Below, piece by piece: positions 1 through 7,906 of a stretch of DNA of 32,000 nucleotides; positions within the stretch are counted from its first letter, which is position 1, and each line of letters starts with the position of its first letter. Both the position numbers and the translations under genes were made by a program. Under the pieces are notes generated by a model. The model was not told the DNA's origin and ran no database searches. It saw only the letters and a list, made by a program, of their open reading frames with translations. Source of the DNA: Synechococcus sp. A15-28 (GTDB lineage: Bacteria > Cyanobacteriota > Cyanobacteriia > PCC-6307 > Cyanobiaceae). The stretch spans positions 1,710,001 to 1,742,000 of the forward strand of contig NZ_CP047931.1 of assembly GCF_014280175.1 (NCBI RefSeq), given 5' to 3'.

Positions 1-181
1 TGGTCGACGTTCCCCAGCGGTAGCCGTCCGTCAGCCCATCAATCCAGGCATTGCCTGACCGTGGCACTTCAATCGCAGTTTGGTAAGCCAAGAGTGAGCC
101 GAAGAACTTGGTGTCGATTTAGTGCCAGAGCCAACAGCAACCCGCACGACACGACATCATCTTGGCAATACACCTGCTGCC

Positions 182-976
182 ATGCAGACCCCCCGTTCAA
201 TCAACGACCCTTCCACTGGTTTGGTGAGTCTGGTCGCCATTCTGCTGAGCGTGCTGCTGCTTCTGGGTCAGTCCCTGTTCATTGTTCCCGCTGGGCAGGT
301 TGCGGTGGTCACCACCCTTGGCAAGGTGAGTGGAGGATCACGTCTGCCCGGCTTGAATTTGAAGATCCCCTTCGTGCAAGCGGTGTCTGGCTTCGATGTC
401 CGCACACAGGTGAGGCCTGAGGAATTCGCCACCCTGACGAAGGATCTCCAGGTGATCGAAGCCACGGCAACCGTGAAATACGCCGTTCGCCCCGACGAGG
501 CCGGTCGAATCTTTCGCACCATCGCCGGCAACGATCGTGAGATTTACCCCCGCATCATTCAGCCCTCGCTGCTGAAGGCTCTCAAGTCGGTGTTTTCGCA
601 GTACGAGCTGGTGACAATCGCCACGGAGTGGAACGACATCTCATCATTGGTCGAACGCACGGTGGCTGAGGAACTCGACAAGTTCGATTACGTGGACGTG
701 CGTGGCCTCGATCTCACGGGTCTGCAAATCGCCGAGGAATACAGAGCAGCCATCGAACAGAAGCAGATTGCCGAACAGCAGCTGCTGAGGGCTCAGACGG
801 AAGTGAAGATCGCTGAGCAGGAAGCCATCCGTTACGACACGCTGAATCGCAGCCTGGACGAGCAGGTGCTGTTCAAGCTCTTCCTGGACAAATGGGACGG
901 CCGTACGGAAGTGGTTCCGGCACTTCCCGGGACAACCGGAGGAATTCCTCCCGTCATCGTTGGTCGCAAGAGTTGA
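182..976 (+). CDS. SPFH/Band 7 (prohibitin/HflC-like) membrane protein
   Basis: ORF 122..976. N-terminal TM segment LVSLVAILLSVLLLLG, then a Band-7 core (FIVPAGQVAVVTTLGKV, LNLKIPFVQAV, TKDLQVIEATATVKYAV) and a coiled-coil tail (AEQQLLRAQTEVKIAEQEA). The track start at 122 is GTG; the first ATG is at 182 (MQTPRS). Confidence 0.8.
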   Translation: MQTPRSINDPSTGLVSLVAILLSVLLLLGQSLFIVPAGQVAVVTTLGKVSGGSRLPGLNLKIPFVQAVSGFDVRTQVRPEEFATLTKDLQVIEATATVKYAVRPDEAGRIFRTIAGNDREIYPRIIQPSLLKALKSVFSQYELVTIATEWNDISSLVERTVAEELDKFDYVDVRGLDLTGLQIAEEYRAAIEQKQIAEQQLLRAQTEVKIAEQEAIRYDTLNRSLDEQVLFKLFLDKWDGRTEVVPALPGTTGGIPPVIVGRKS

Positions 977-2065
977 AGATCTCTTAAATTTGACGGGCGA
1001 TCAACAACGTCTTTTAGAAGAATGCGATCGTCTTGACGAGCTTCATCGCAGTTACGACGGCGACGCCAGGCTGATCGCCACCCTCGGGCTGTTGGCTGAT
1101 AACGCCGCTGTGGTGATCGGAGCCATGGTGGTGGCACCCTGGATCCTCCCCCTCCGAGTCGCCGTCTTCGCCATCCTCGTCGGCGACTGGCGATTGCTTC
1201 CCCGTTCCGCCCTCACCCTGGTGGCAGTTGCCATCGTGACGGTGCTGCTGTCGATGTCACTTGGGCTGATCGCTCAGGCCAACGGCCTGTTGATCGTGGA
1301 TTCCTTCACGGGCGTGGATGACTTCACAGGGGAAATCCAAAGCCGATTAACGCCGACGCTCCTGGATCTCGGCATCGCCCTCGCCGCCGGCGCCATCGCC
1401 ACCTACGCGAAAGTCAACCCTGGTGCGGTGAGTTCCATGGCCGGAACGGCGATTGCCGTGGCCCTGGTTCCCCCGGTCTGCGTGATGGGGCTCATGCTGG
1501 CAGCGGGTGACTTCACAGACGCGCGGGGGGCCGGACTGCTCTATGCCGCCAACCTGCTGGGCATATTGATTGGGGGCATATTGATTGGGGGCATCTCGGT
1601 GCTGGCCATTCGGGAGCCCTATTTCCGAGACAAACTGCGCCGACAGCGACGTTCGCGGTTGCCGCTCCTGCTGGCCTTGGCTCTGGCCAGCTGGGTGGGT
1701 TCAAGCTCTATGGCCGCTATGAACAACACCTTTATGCCGTTAAACGGGACAACGCCAAGGTCAGGATCGAACAGGATATCAGCGCATATTTAAAGCAGCG
1801 AACCCAGATCTTCGGCAGCAATGACTCCCTGGAACTGGAAAACATTCTGTTTGACTGGCCGGATTACTGGAGCAGCAATCAAACGCCGAAAATTTTATTG
1901 GTCGTTCGCGTGACTAATCCGACCACCCCCAGTTACAAACAGGTTCAGATCATTCAAGACCGTATCAATAAAAGACTATGCGAGCAGTTTGACGGTCTGA
2001 AAATGCAAATGGAAGTACAGCGCATCAACGTCACAACGTCACCGTTGTTTCTGGCAGTGAAGTGA
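960..2065 (+). pseudogene. DUF389-family integral membrane protein, disrupted by an apparent 1-nt frameshift near 1695-1703
   Basis: ORF 960..1793 (TTG start) encodes multi-TM DUF389-like sequence (AVVIGAMVVAPWILPL, AGTAIAVALVPPVCVMGLMLA). After ...LALASWVG it becomes implausible (SSSMAAMNNTFMPLNGTTPRSGSNRISAHI). Another frame (codons starting at 1700) stays open to TGA 2063-2065. It reads FKLYGRYEQHLYAVKRDNAKVRIEQDISAYLKQRTQIFGSNDSLELENILFDWPDYW...QRINVTTSPLFLAVK, a plausible soluble C-terminal domain. Adding 1 nt makes 960..2065 a single 368-codon frame. Confidence 0.6.
1561..1594. repeat. Perfect 15-bp tandem duplication (gcatattgattgggg x2, then partial gcat) inside the DUF389 gene
   Basis: 1561-1575 and 1576-1590 are identical. 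The repeat is in frame and gives GILIG-GILIG in a TM segment. Confidence 0.95.
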
Positions 2066-2185
2066 TGGATAGCGTCAACATCAAGGACATCCTTGATCAA
2101 GTCGAATCTCCTGAGGAGACGCTTCAATCCAATCCGTCACCCCAAGATGCTGCAACAGAGTCAGAGATCAGCACCACCCCTTGAA

Positions 2186-3028
2186 TCAGTCGGTTTTGCG
2201 CAAACGCATCAAACCCCAGCTGAGACGTCCCTGCTGGCCACCCTCCACCCAGTGGCCAAGGCCCACATCCATCCGGTCCAGATAAGCGGAACTGATGCTC
2301 GCTTCCAGTTCTGCGCGGCGTGAACGGGTGTCCTGACGCACCCGGTCGTAGTGCCGCACCAGCATCTCGGTGCGTTCATCCCACACCTCCAGCGTCAGAC
2401 CAACCGCCTCACCCCAGGCCTTGTAACGGGCTGGAGAGGCAAGGTCCGGCAGGTGAATCCGGTCAAGGATCGGCTGAAGCAATCCCATCTCCACACCGTC
2501 CGCTGCCATCGGGTCGGTGAACACGAAACAGCCTCCAGGCTTGAGAAGACGGGACACCTCGGCCAAAACCTTGGCTCGATCACCGGCATGCAGGATCGCA
2601 TCCTGACTCCAGACCAAATCAGCACTGGCATCAGCCACGGGCACCTGCTCAAAGGAGGCATCGTGCACCGTGATCTGCTGATCCAAACCGGCGTCAATGT
2701 TCAGCTGCCGATGGCGATCGTTCTCCACTGAGGAAATGTTGATGGCATGAACCGATCGTTCACTCCAGCGGGCCAGGCGCCGTGATGCTCCACCATAACC
2801 AGCCCCGAGATCCACCACACATCCGCCCTGGGGCAGGGTGTCGGCCAGATCAAGCAGGGCATGCACAGTGCGGTCACTGGCCGTGGCGATGGCCTCATCG
2901 AACGTTGCATACAAACCGATATGAATGTCCTCACCACCCCAAACCAGTTCGTAGAACCGATCAGCGTCCTGACTGTCGTAGTAAGTCGCGGCGACGGAAT
3001 CCGCTGCTGAGCCGTTCGTTGTACTCAT
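2186..3028 (-). CDS. gbmt2: Sarcosine/dimethylglycine N-methyltransferase (second enzyme of glycine-to-betaine methylation)
   Basis: 280 aa, ATG start. By recall it resembles the Aphanothece halophytica / Synechococcus WH 8102 DMT along its length: YYDSQDADRFYELVWGGEDIHIGLY, SAM motif VVDLGAGYGGASRRLA, VWSQDAILHAGDR, GGCFVFTDPM, YLDRMDVGLGHWVEGG. It lies 5 nt downstream of gbmt1 on the same strand. Confidence 0.85.
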   Translation of the reverse strand: MSTTNGSAADSVAATYYDSQDADRFYELVWGGEDIHIGLYATFDEAIATASDRTVHALLDLADTLPQGGCVVDLGAGYGGASRRLARWSERSVHAINISSVENDRHRQLNIDAGLDQQITVHDASFEQVPVADASADLVWSQDAILHAGDRAKVLAEVSRLLKPGGCFVFTDPMAADGVEMGLLQPILDRIHLPDLASPARYKAWGEAVGLTLEVWDERTEMLVRHYDRVRQDTRSRRAELEASISSAYLDRMDVGLGHWVEGGQQGRLSWGLMRLRKTD

Positions 3029-3033
3029 CAGCC

Positions 3034-3882
3034 TCAGTGCATGGTGGCGTCAACGTCGAAGCGATATTCCTTCTCTGCGACGTGTACATAAAAATCGGGA
3101 TTTTCAAAGTCCCGCTGATAGTCACCGAAGCTGCTGATCTGCTGGAAGCCCACTTCAGACATCAGACGGCGTACATAGCCATAGCGCAACGGGAACATGT
3201 TGAGGTGATAAACCCCACCGTCACTGAAGGAGTAGCGGAAGCGCGCCAACCCTTCATCAATATGTTCCGGGCCAACTTCCACATCCTCACCGCAGTACAC
3301 ATTGCCTTTCCCCTGCCGGACCGCGGATCCGCCCTCGAGCAATCGGTCGTAATTACGGTGGTCGAGTATCAGAATGCCGTTGTGTTTGAGAACGGCGTAA
3401 TACTCTGCCAGGGCTTTGCGCCGATCCTTCTCCTTGAAGAGATGGGTGAATGAATTACCCAGACAGATCACGGCATCGTATTCACCGTGGATATCTCGGT
3501 TGAGGAAACGCCAGTCCGCCTGAGAGGTTCTCAGCAACTGATTGCGGTTTCGCGCATTGCGGAATGCTCGGGCCAGCATGTTGGGACTGCCATCAGCACT
3601 CACCACATCAAACCCTTCTTCCAGCAGTCGGATTGAGTGAAACCCGGTGCCCGTCGCCACATCCAACACCGAACGGGCACCGTGCTCCTTGAGCAGACGA
3701 ATAAAGAAGTCGCCCTCGGCCTTAGCCCGTGCATTCCAATCGATCAGCCGATCCCAGCGATCGGTGAAGTCTTCGATGTACTCCTGCTGGTAGTGATCCG
3801 TCTCGCGAACCGACTCAGGAGAATCTCCAAAACGCTGCTGATCGTCCTGGGCCTGCAAAGGATGGTTCTGCGTTGACGTCAT
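3034..3882 (-). CDS. gbmt1: Glycine/sarcosine N-methyltransferase (first enzyme of betaine synthesis)
   Basis: ORF 3034..3897. The track start is TTG; the first ATG is at 3882 (MTSTQNHP). GSMT-like strings: VRETDHYQQEYIEDF, SAM motif VLDVATGTGFHSIRLLEEGFDV, AVICLGNSFTHLF, GLARFRYSF, YHLNMFPLRYGYVRRL, DFYVHVAEK. Confidence 0.85.
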   Translation of the reverse strand: MTSTQNHPLQAQDDQQRFGDSPESVRETDHYQQEYIEDFTDRWDRLIDWNARAKAEGDFFIRLLKEHGARSVLDVATGTGFHSIRLLEEGFDVVSADGSPNMLARAFRNARNRNQLLRTSQADWRFLNRDIHGEYDAVICLGNSFTHLFKEKDRRKALAEYYAVLKHNGILILDHRNYDRLLEGGSAVRQGKGNVYCGEDVEVGPEHIDEGLARFRYSFSDGGVYHLNMFPLRYGYVRRLMSEVGFQQISSFGDYQRDFENPDFYVHVAEKEYRFDVDATMH

Positions 3883-4000
3883 TCCGAATCCATTCAAAGT
3901 TCAAACAGACTTCTTAAAATTCACCAGGGCAAGGTCTATTCCTACCCCAACAAACAAAATGAAGTCTTGGTGATCTGCAATCACATATTCCAATGATAGA

Positions 4001-4023
4001 CACTGACAGAGCAGTTGTCAGTG
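4001..4023. promoter_or_regulatory. Perfect 8-bp inverted repeat CACTGACA-N7-TGTCAGTG (candidate operator)
   Basis: Read directly: 4001-4008 cactgaca, 4016-4023 tgtcagtg (exact reverse complement). It sits centrally in the divergent region, 119 nt from the gbmt1 ATG and 179 nt from the proV ATG. Confidence 0.4.
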
Positions 4024-4121
4024 ATTGAGAAAACAATCTGCCATCAGCAGCACAGGACAAACCCCAAGATCCGCTGCCCCGCAGTCAGACCCAGAGAATA
4101 TTTCAACATTCAGAACCCCGC

Positions 4122-4166
4122 CTGGTCAGATCGCCACCCCGCAAGCGGTGGCGCCGCTCTGACCAG
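4122..4166 (+). promoter_or_regulatory. Long GC-rich stem-loop in the proV leader
   Basis: Outer stem ctggtcaga (4122-4130) pairs with tctgaccag (4158-4166), 9 bp. Inner stem cgccacc (4132-4138) pairs with ggtggcg (4147-4153), 7 bp. It ends 35 nt before the proV ATG and has no following U-run. Confidence 0.5.
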
Positions 4167-4201
4167 CATGCCTACCCTTTCAGAAGCGGAACAGGCCTGG
4201 C

Positions 4202-5206
4202 ATGGATGAGCCGATCCGCCTCCGGCAGGTGTGGAAATCCTTCGGTGGTCGACCGGGTGCTTCGCCATCCGAACTTCTCCGCTCCTCTGAAGCGCGAGTC
4301 GCCGTGCAGGACGTTTCCTTATCGGTCAGGACCGGAGAAATCTTCGTGGTGATGGGGCTGTCCGGATCCGGGAAGTCCACCCTGCTCCGCATGATCAATG
4401 GTTTGATCGCCCCCAGCCATGGGGTGGTCGACATTGAAGGCCGATCGCTGCAGCAGTTCAGCCGAAGCGAACTACAGGCCCTCAGACGCCGCAGCATGGC
4501 AATGGTGTTCCAATCCTTTGCTCTGTTCCCGCAGCGCAGTGCCCTCGAGAATGCGGCCTTTGGCCTTGAGGTAGCCGGTATTCCCCGCCGCCAACGCCTG
4601 GCCAGGGCCCAGCAGGCGCTGGAGCGGGTTGGCTTGGGTCAAGACCTGCACCGAAAGCCTGATCAGTTATCCGGCGGCATGCGTCAGCGGGTTGGCCTGG
4701 CGAGAGCTCTGGCGCTGGATCCACCTGTCCTTTTGATGGATGAAGCCTTTTCAGCGTTGGACCCGCTGATCCGGTCCGACATGCAGGATCTGTTGCTGGA
4801 TCTGCAACGGGAACACCGGCGAACGATCGTCTTCATTTCCCACGATCTGGATGAAGCTGTTCGGATCGGCGATCGCATCGCGTTGATGCAGGACGGACGC
4901 TTGCTGCAGTGCGATGCCGCGGAGACGCTGTTTCGCTCCCCAGCGGAACCGGCCGTGGCTGAATTTTTTCGTGGTGTTGATCCCGCTGGCGTCCTCACCG
5001 TCGGAGCCATCGCAGATCCATCGGCACCATCGGTGAAATGGGATCCAACGAATCCTGACCTCACCGTGCTCTCCTCAACGATGCTGATCAAGGAGGCAAT
5101 CCCGATCGTCACCGCAGCCAACGGACCTGTGGCAGTTGTCGGCCCCGATCACCATCTGATCGGGGCGGTGTCGCCGAACACCATCCTGCGGGCGCTGAGT
5201 CGATGA
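4202..5206 (+). CDS. proV: Glycine betaine/proline ABC transporter ATP-binding protein
   Basis: Walker A GLSGSGKST, signature LSGGMRQR, Walker B LLMDEAFSALD, H-loop ISHDL. CBS-like C-terminal tail. ATGA overlap with proW. Confidence 0.9.
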   Translation: MDEPIRLRQVWKSFGGRPGASPSELLRSSEARVAVQDVSLSVRTGEIFVVMGLSGSGKSTLLRMINGLIAPSHGVVDIEGRSLQQFSRSELQALRRRSMAMVFQSFALFPQRSALENAAFGLEVAGIPRRQRLARAQQALERVGLGQDLHRKPDQLSGGMRQRVGLARALALDPPVLLMDEAFSALDPLIRSDMQDLLLDLQREHRRTIVFISHDLDEAVRIGDRIALMQDGRLLQCDAAETLFRSPAEPAVAEFFRGVDPAGVLTVGAIADPSAPSVKWDPTNPDLTVLSSTMLIKEAIPIVTAANGPVAVVGPDHHLIGAVSPNTILRALSR

Positions 5207-6117
5207 ATTTTTTCTCAAGTCAACTTTGGCTGGCCCAAGCCAGCACGTCCGGAGCCGTAGGCGCAGCAGCGGACAGCACCGTCAGCTGGCTGCTGGGAAA
5301 CGGTGGTGCCCTGTTCAGCCTGGTTAACACCACAATCCTGACGCTGACGGGATTCTGCGAACAATTCCTCAACGCTCCATCCCCATGGCTACTGGCTCTG
5401 GTGGTGGCACTGCTGGGGCTCTGGCGGGTCAGTGCCAGCTTCGGCCTGCTCAGTCTCCTCGGTCTGAATCTGGTCAAGGCCATGGGCCTGTGGGAGCCGA
5501 TGGTCAGCACCCTCGCCCTCGTGCTGACCGCCTCCTTGTTGGCCCTCACCATCGGACTTCCCCTGGGGGTTCTGGCCGCCCGTCAACGCAGCATCTGGCA
5601 GCTCACCCGTCCGCTGCTTGATCTGATGCAGACCATGCCGGCCTTTGTGTACCTTATTCCCGCCGTGATGCTGTTCAGCACGGGCGCCGTGCCCTCAGTG
5701 ATCGCCACATTGATCTTCTCCATGCCACCGGTGGTGCGGCTCACTGTTCTGGGCATCCGCCAGGTGCCGGCGGATCTCATCGAAGCGGGGCGATCCTTCG
5801 GCTGTTCCGAGTGGCAGTTGCTCACCAAGGTGCAGCTGCCGAATGCCCTGCCAACACTGATGACCGGCGTGAATCAGACGATCATGCTGGCGCTGTCGAT
5901 GGTGGTGATCGCCTCGATGATCGGTGGAGGAGGACTTGGTGATGTGGTGCTTCGAGGCATCCAACAGTTGAACATCGGCCTCGGCTTCGAGGGCGGTCTG
6001 GCCGTGGTGATCCTCGCGGTGATCCTGGATCGGCTCAGCCAGAGCCTCAGCACGCCCCCCGCCACATCCGTACGTGTTCGTGTCCGCAGCCTGGTGAACC
6101 TCTGGAGACTCCCATGA
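5203..6117 (+). CDS. proW: Glycine betaine/proline ABC transporter permease
   Basis: Multi-TM protein with an EAA-type loop (LIEAGRSFGCSEWQLLTKVQLPNALPTLMTGVNQTIMLALSMVVIASMIG). Overlaps proV and proX by 4 nt each (ATGA). Confidence 0.9.
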   Translation: MNFFSSQLWLAQASTSGAVGAAADSTVSWLLGNGGALFSLVNTTILTLTGFCEQFLNAPSPWLLALVVALLGLWRVSASFGLLSLLGLNLVKAMGLWEPMVSTLALVLTASLLALTIGLPLGVLAARQRSIWQLTRPLLDLMQTMPAFVYLIPAVMLFSTGAVPSVIATLIFSMPPVVRLTVLGIRQVPADLIEAGRSFGCSEWQLLTKVQLPNALPTLMTGVNQTIMLALSMVVIASMIGGGGLGDVVLRGIQQLNIGLGFEGGLAVVILAVILDRLSQSLSTPPATSVRVRVRSLVNLWRLP

Positions 6118-7082
6118 ACAAGCTTCAGCTCTGGCGACGACGCAGTGTGCTTCTGGCGGGTCTTGGCTTGGCCGGTGCCTCCCTGCACAACCTGGCGCGC
6201 CGCCCCGATACCTCCCCATCCAACCTGGCGACGGACACCCCTCCATCAACGTCACAAGTCGAATCGCCTGACGACGACAGCTCTGCCGATCAACCTTTGA
6301 AACTGGGCTGGTCTGCCTGGGCCGATGCCGAGGTGGTGAGCCTGATGGCCGCCAAGCTGATCGAGTCCGAGCTCAATCAACCGGTGGAACGGGTGATGGC
6401 TGACATCGGCATCCAGTACCAATCCGTGGCTCGCGGTGATCTGGACCTGATGCTGATGGCCTGGCTGCCAGGCACCCACAGGGATTACTGGAGCAAGGTG
6501 CGTGACCGGGTGCTGGATCTCGGGCCGATGTACTCCGGCCGGCTGGGGTGGATCGTGCCCGACTATGTGCCGAGGGAGGCGATCTCCAGCATTGAGCAAC
6601 TCAAGGACCCAAAGCTGGCTGCTCGTTTTGATGGACGCGTTCAGGGCATTGACCCAGGGTCAGGGCTCAACCAGGCCTCTCTGGATGCCCTCAAGCAATA
6701 TGGATTATCCTCGATTCAGCTGGTGGCCTCCAGCAGCGCAGCCATGGCTGCTGTTTTGGCCCAGGCGATCGAAGAGCAACGCTGGCTGATTGCCACGAGC
6801 TGGACTCCTCACTGGATGTTTGCCCGCTACAAGCTGCGCTTCCTCGAGGATCCCAAAGGCAGTTTCGGAGGAACGGAACGCATCCATGCGGTGGCCCGAC
6901 AGGGTCTGGACCAGCGGCATCCTGCGGTGACAGCGTTCCTCAGCCGCTTTCATCTCCCCGATCGCGACCTGGATGGCTTGCTGCTGCAAGCGCAGGAGTC
7001 ATCAGCCGAGGCTGCGGTGGCGACCTACCTGGACCGCCACCCCAACCGGATCCGCTACTGGACAACGGGTGAGATCAGCTGA
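6114..7082 (+). CDS. proX: Glycine betaine-binding periplasmic protein (OpuAC/ProX family)
   Basis: Signal with a twin-arginine-like WRRRSVLLAGLGLAGA. OpuAC-like strings LKLGWSAWADAEVVSL, LMLMAWLPGTHRDYW, GIDPGSGL. Third gene of the coupled operon. Confidence 0.85.
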   Translation: MNKLQLWRRRSVLLAGLGLAGASLHNLARRPDTSPSNLATDTPPSTSQVESPDDDSSADQPLKLGWSAWADAEVVSLMAAKLIESELNQPVERVMADIGIQYQSVARGDLDLMLMAWLPGTHRDYWSKVRDRVLDLGPMYSGRLGWIVPDYVPREAISSIEQLKDPKLAARFDGRVQGIDPGSGLNQASLDALKQYGLSSIQLVASSSAAMAAVLAQAIEEQRWLIATSWTPHWMFARYKLRFLEDPKGSFGGTERIHAVARQGLDQRHPAVTAFLSRFHLPDRDLDGLLLQAQESSAEAAVATYLDRHPNRIRYWTTGEIS

Positions 7083-7092
7083 TGTGGGCCAT

Positions 7093-7299
7093 TCAGCGCC
7101 TCGTGAGGATCACAAACAAGGCATGAATCACCGCGGCTGGCCACATGCCGAACAACACCGGAAAACCAAGCCCTCCCACCGCAAAGAGGTAAATCACCAG
7201 ATTGATCCAGAAGGGTTTCGTTAAGCCCACCTGGGTGAACACCCCGAGGGGCGGGATGAACAGGGCGATGATGACGCGGAAGATATCGCCGCAGGTCAT
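7093..7299 (-). CDS. Pmp3/YqaE (UPF0057) small hydrophobic stress peptide
   Basis: ORF 7093..7314 (GTG); first ATG at 7299. Family signature IIALFIPPLGVF...FWINLVIYL...VIHALFVI. Two TM helices. Stop is 10 nt from the proX stop (convergent). Confidence 0.7.
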   Translation of the reverse strand: MTCGDIFRVIIALFIPPLGVFTQVGLTKPFWINLVIYLFAVGGLGFPVLFGMWPAAVIHALFVILTRR

Positions 7300-7345
7300 G
7301 GCTGTTTCGATCACAACTCCCGCTTGGTAGCAAGATCACCACGGA

Positions 7346-7804
7346 TTAGATGAGGCGTTCATCGATCCCCTTGGGCCATTCAGATCGCGCTCGGTCGCGC
7401 AGCATCTCGAAATCGTCAAAGCTGAACCCTGGACCGACACAACAGCTCACCAGACTGAAGTCTCCCTGACTGCGGGCTGCCATCCAGACCCCCGCCGGAA
7501 CCCAGGTCACCGGCTGATCAGCGCTCACCAACTGTTCACTGGATCGATCAGCACGATCGGAGTGCTGAAACAGGCTGAGGGGGGCACCACCGAGGAAGGT
7601 CCAGATCTCATCACCACCGTGAACGCAGTGCCAGCGACTTACATCGTCTGCGGCCAGCAGAAACAGCACGGTTGTGATCGCACTGCGTTGTTCACCATCG
7701 GGTCTTGTGACCTGAATGGAACTCCGCTGCATTTCCCGATACCAACCGCCTTCGGGATGAGGTTTCAGCCCCCAACGGGACACGAGTGCATCAACGGAAT
7801 CCAA
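7346..7804 (-). CDS. Cupin-fold protein (DUF985-like)
   Basis: N-terminus LVSRWGLKPHPEGGWYRE is typical of DUF985 cupins. The track start is TTG; an alternative GTG is at 7783, so the start is uncertain. Confidence 0.7.
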   Translation of the reverse strand: MDSVDALVSRWGLKPHPEGGWYREMQRSSIQVTRPDGEQRSAITTVLFLLAADDVSRWHCVHGGDEIWTFLGGAPLSLFQHSDRADRSSEQLVSADQPVTWVPAGVWMAARSQGDFSLVSCCVGPGFSFDDFEMLRDRARSEWPKGIDERLI

Positions 7805-7843
7805 CGCTGATCAGAACGCAACTTGGCAACACTTGCACAACAA

Positions 7844-7869
7844 AAAGCCCCCTCCTCGGAGGGGGCTTT
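7844..7869 (-). terminator. Rho-independent terminator of psbA
   Basis: aaagccccctcc (7844-7855) and ggagggggcttt (7858-7869) are exact reverse complements. On the minus strand the stem is followed by TTTTTGTTG. It lies 38 nt after the psbA stop. Confidence 0.85.
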
Positions 7870-7906
7870 CCGATTCAGTTGATCTGAATCGTTTGTTGAT
7901 TCCAGA

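Larger units (their letters stand above)
3883..4201. promoter_or_regulatory. Divergent control region between gbmt1-gbmt2 (-) and proVWX (+)
   Basis: 319-bp non-coding gap. The left half (3900-4010) is visibly AT-rich relative to its flanks. It contains the inverted repeat and leader hairpin listed separately. No promoter hexamers could be assigned confidently. Confidence 0.6.

Noticed and set aside
1-118. Short minus-strand open frame running off the left edge (…IEVPRSGNAWIDGLTDGYRWGTST)
   Set aside because: Fewer than 40 codons are visible, no family is recognisable, and the possible starts are GTG/TTG only. There is not enough information to call a gene.
4015-4209. 64-aa ORF just upstream of and overlapping the proV start
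   Set aside because: It lies in the proV leader and spans the inverted repeat and the long hairpin. It has a GTG start and no coding-like composition. More likely untranslated leader.
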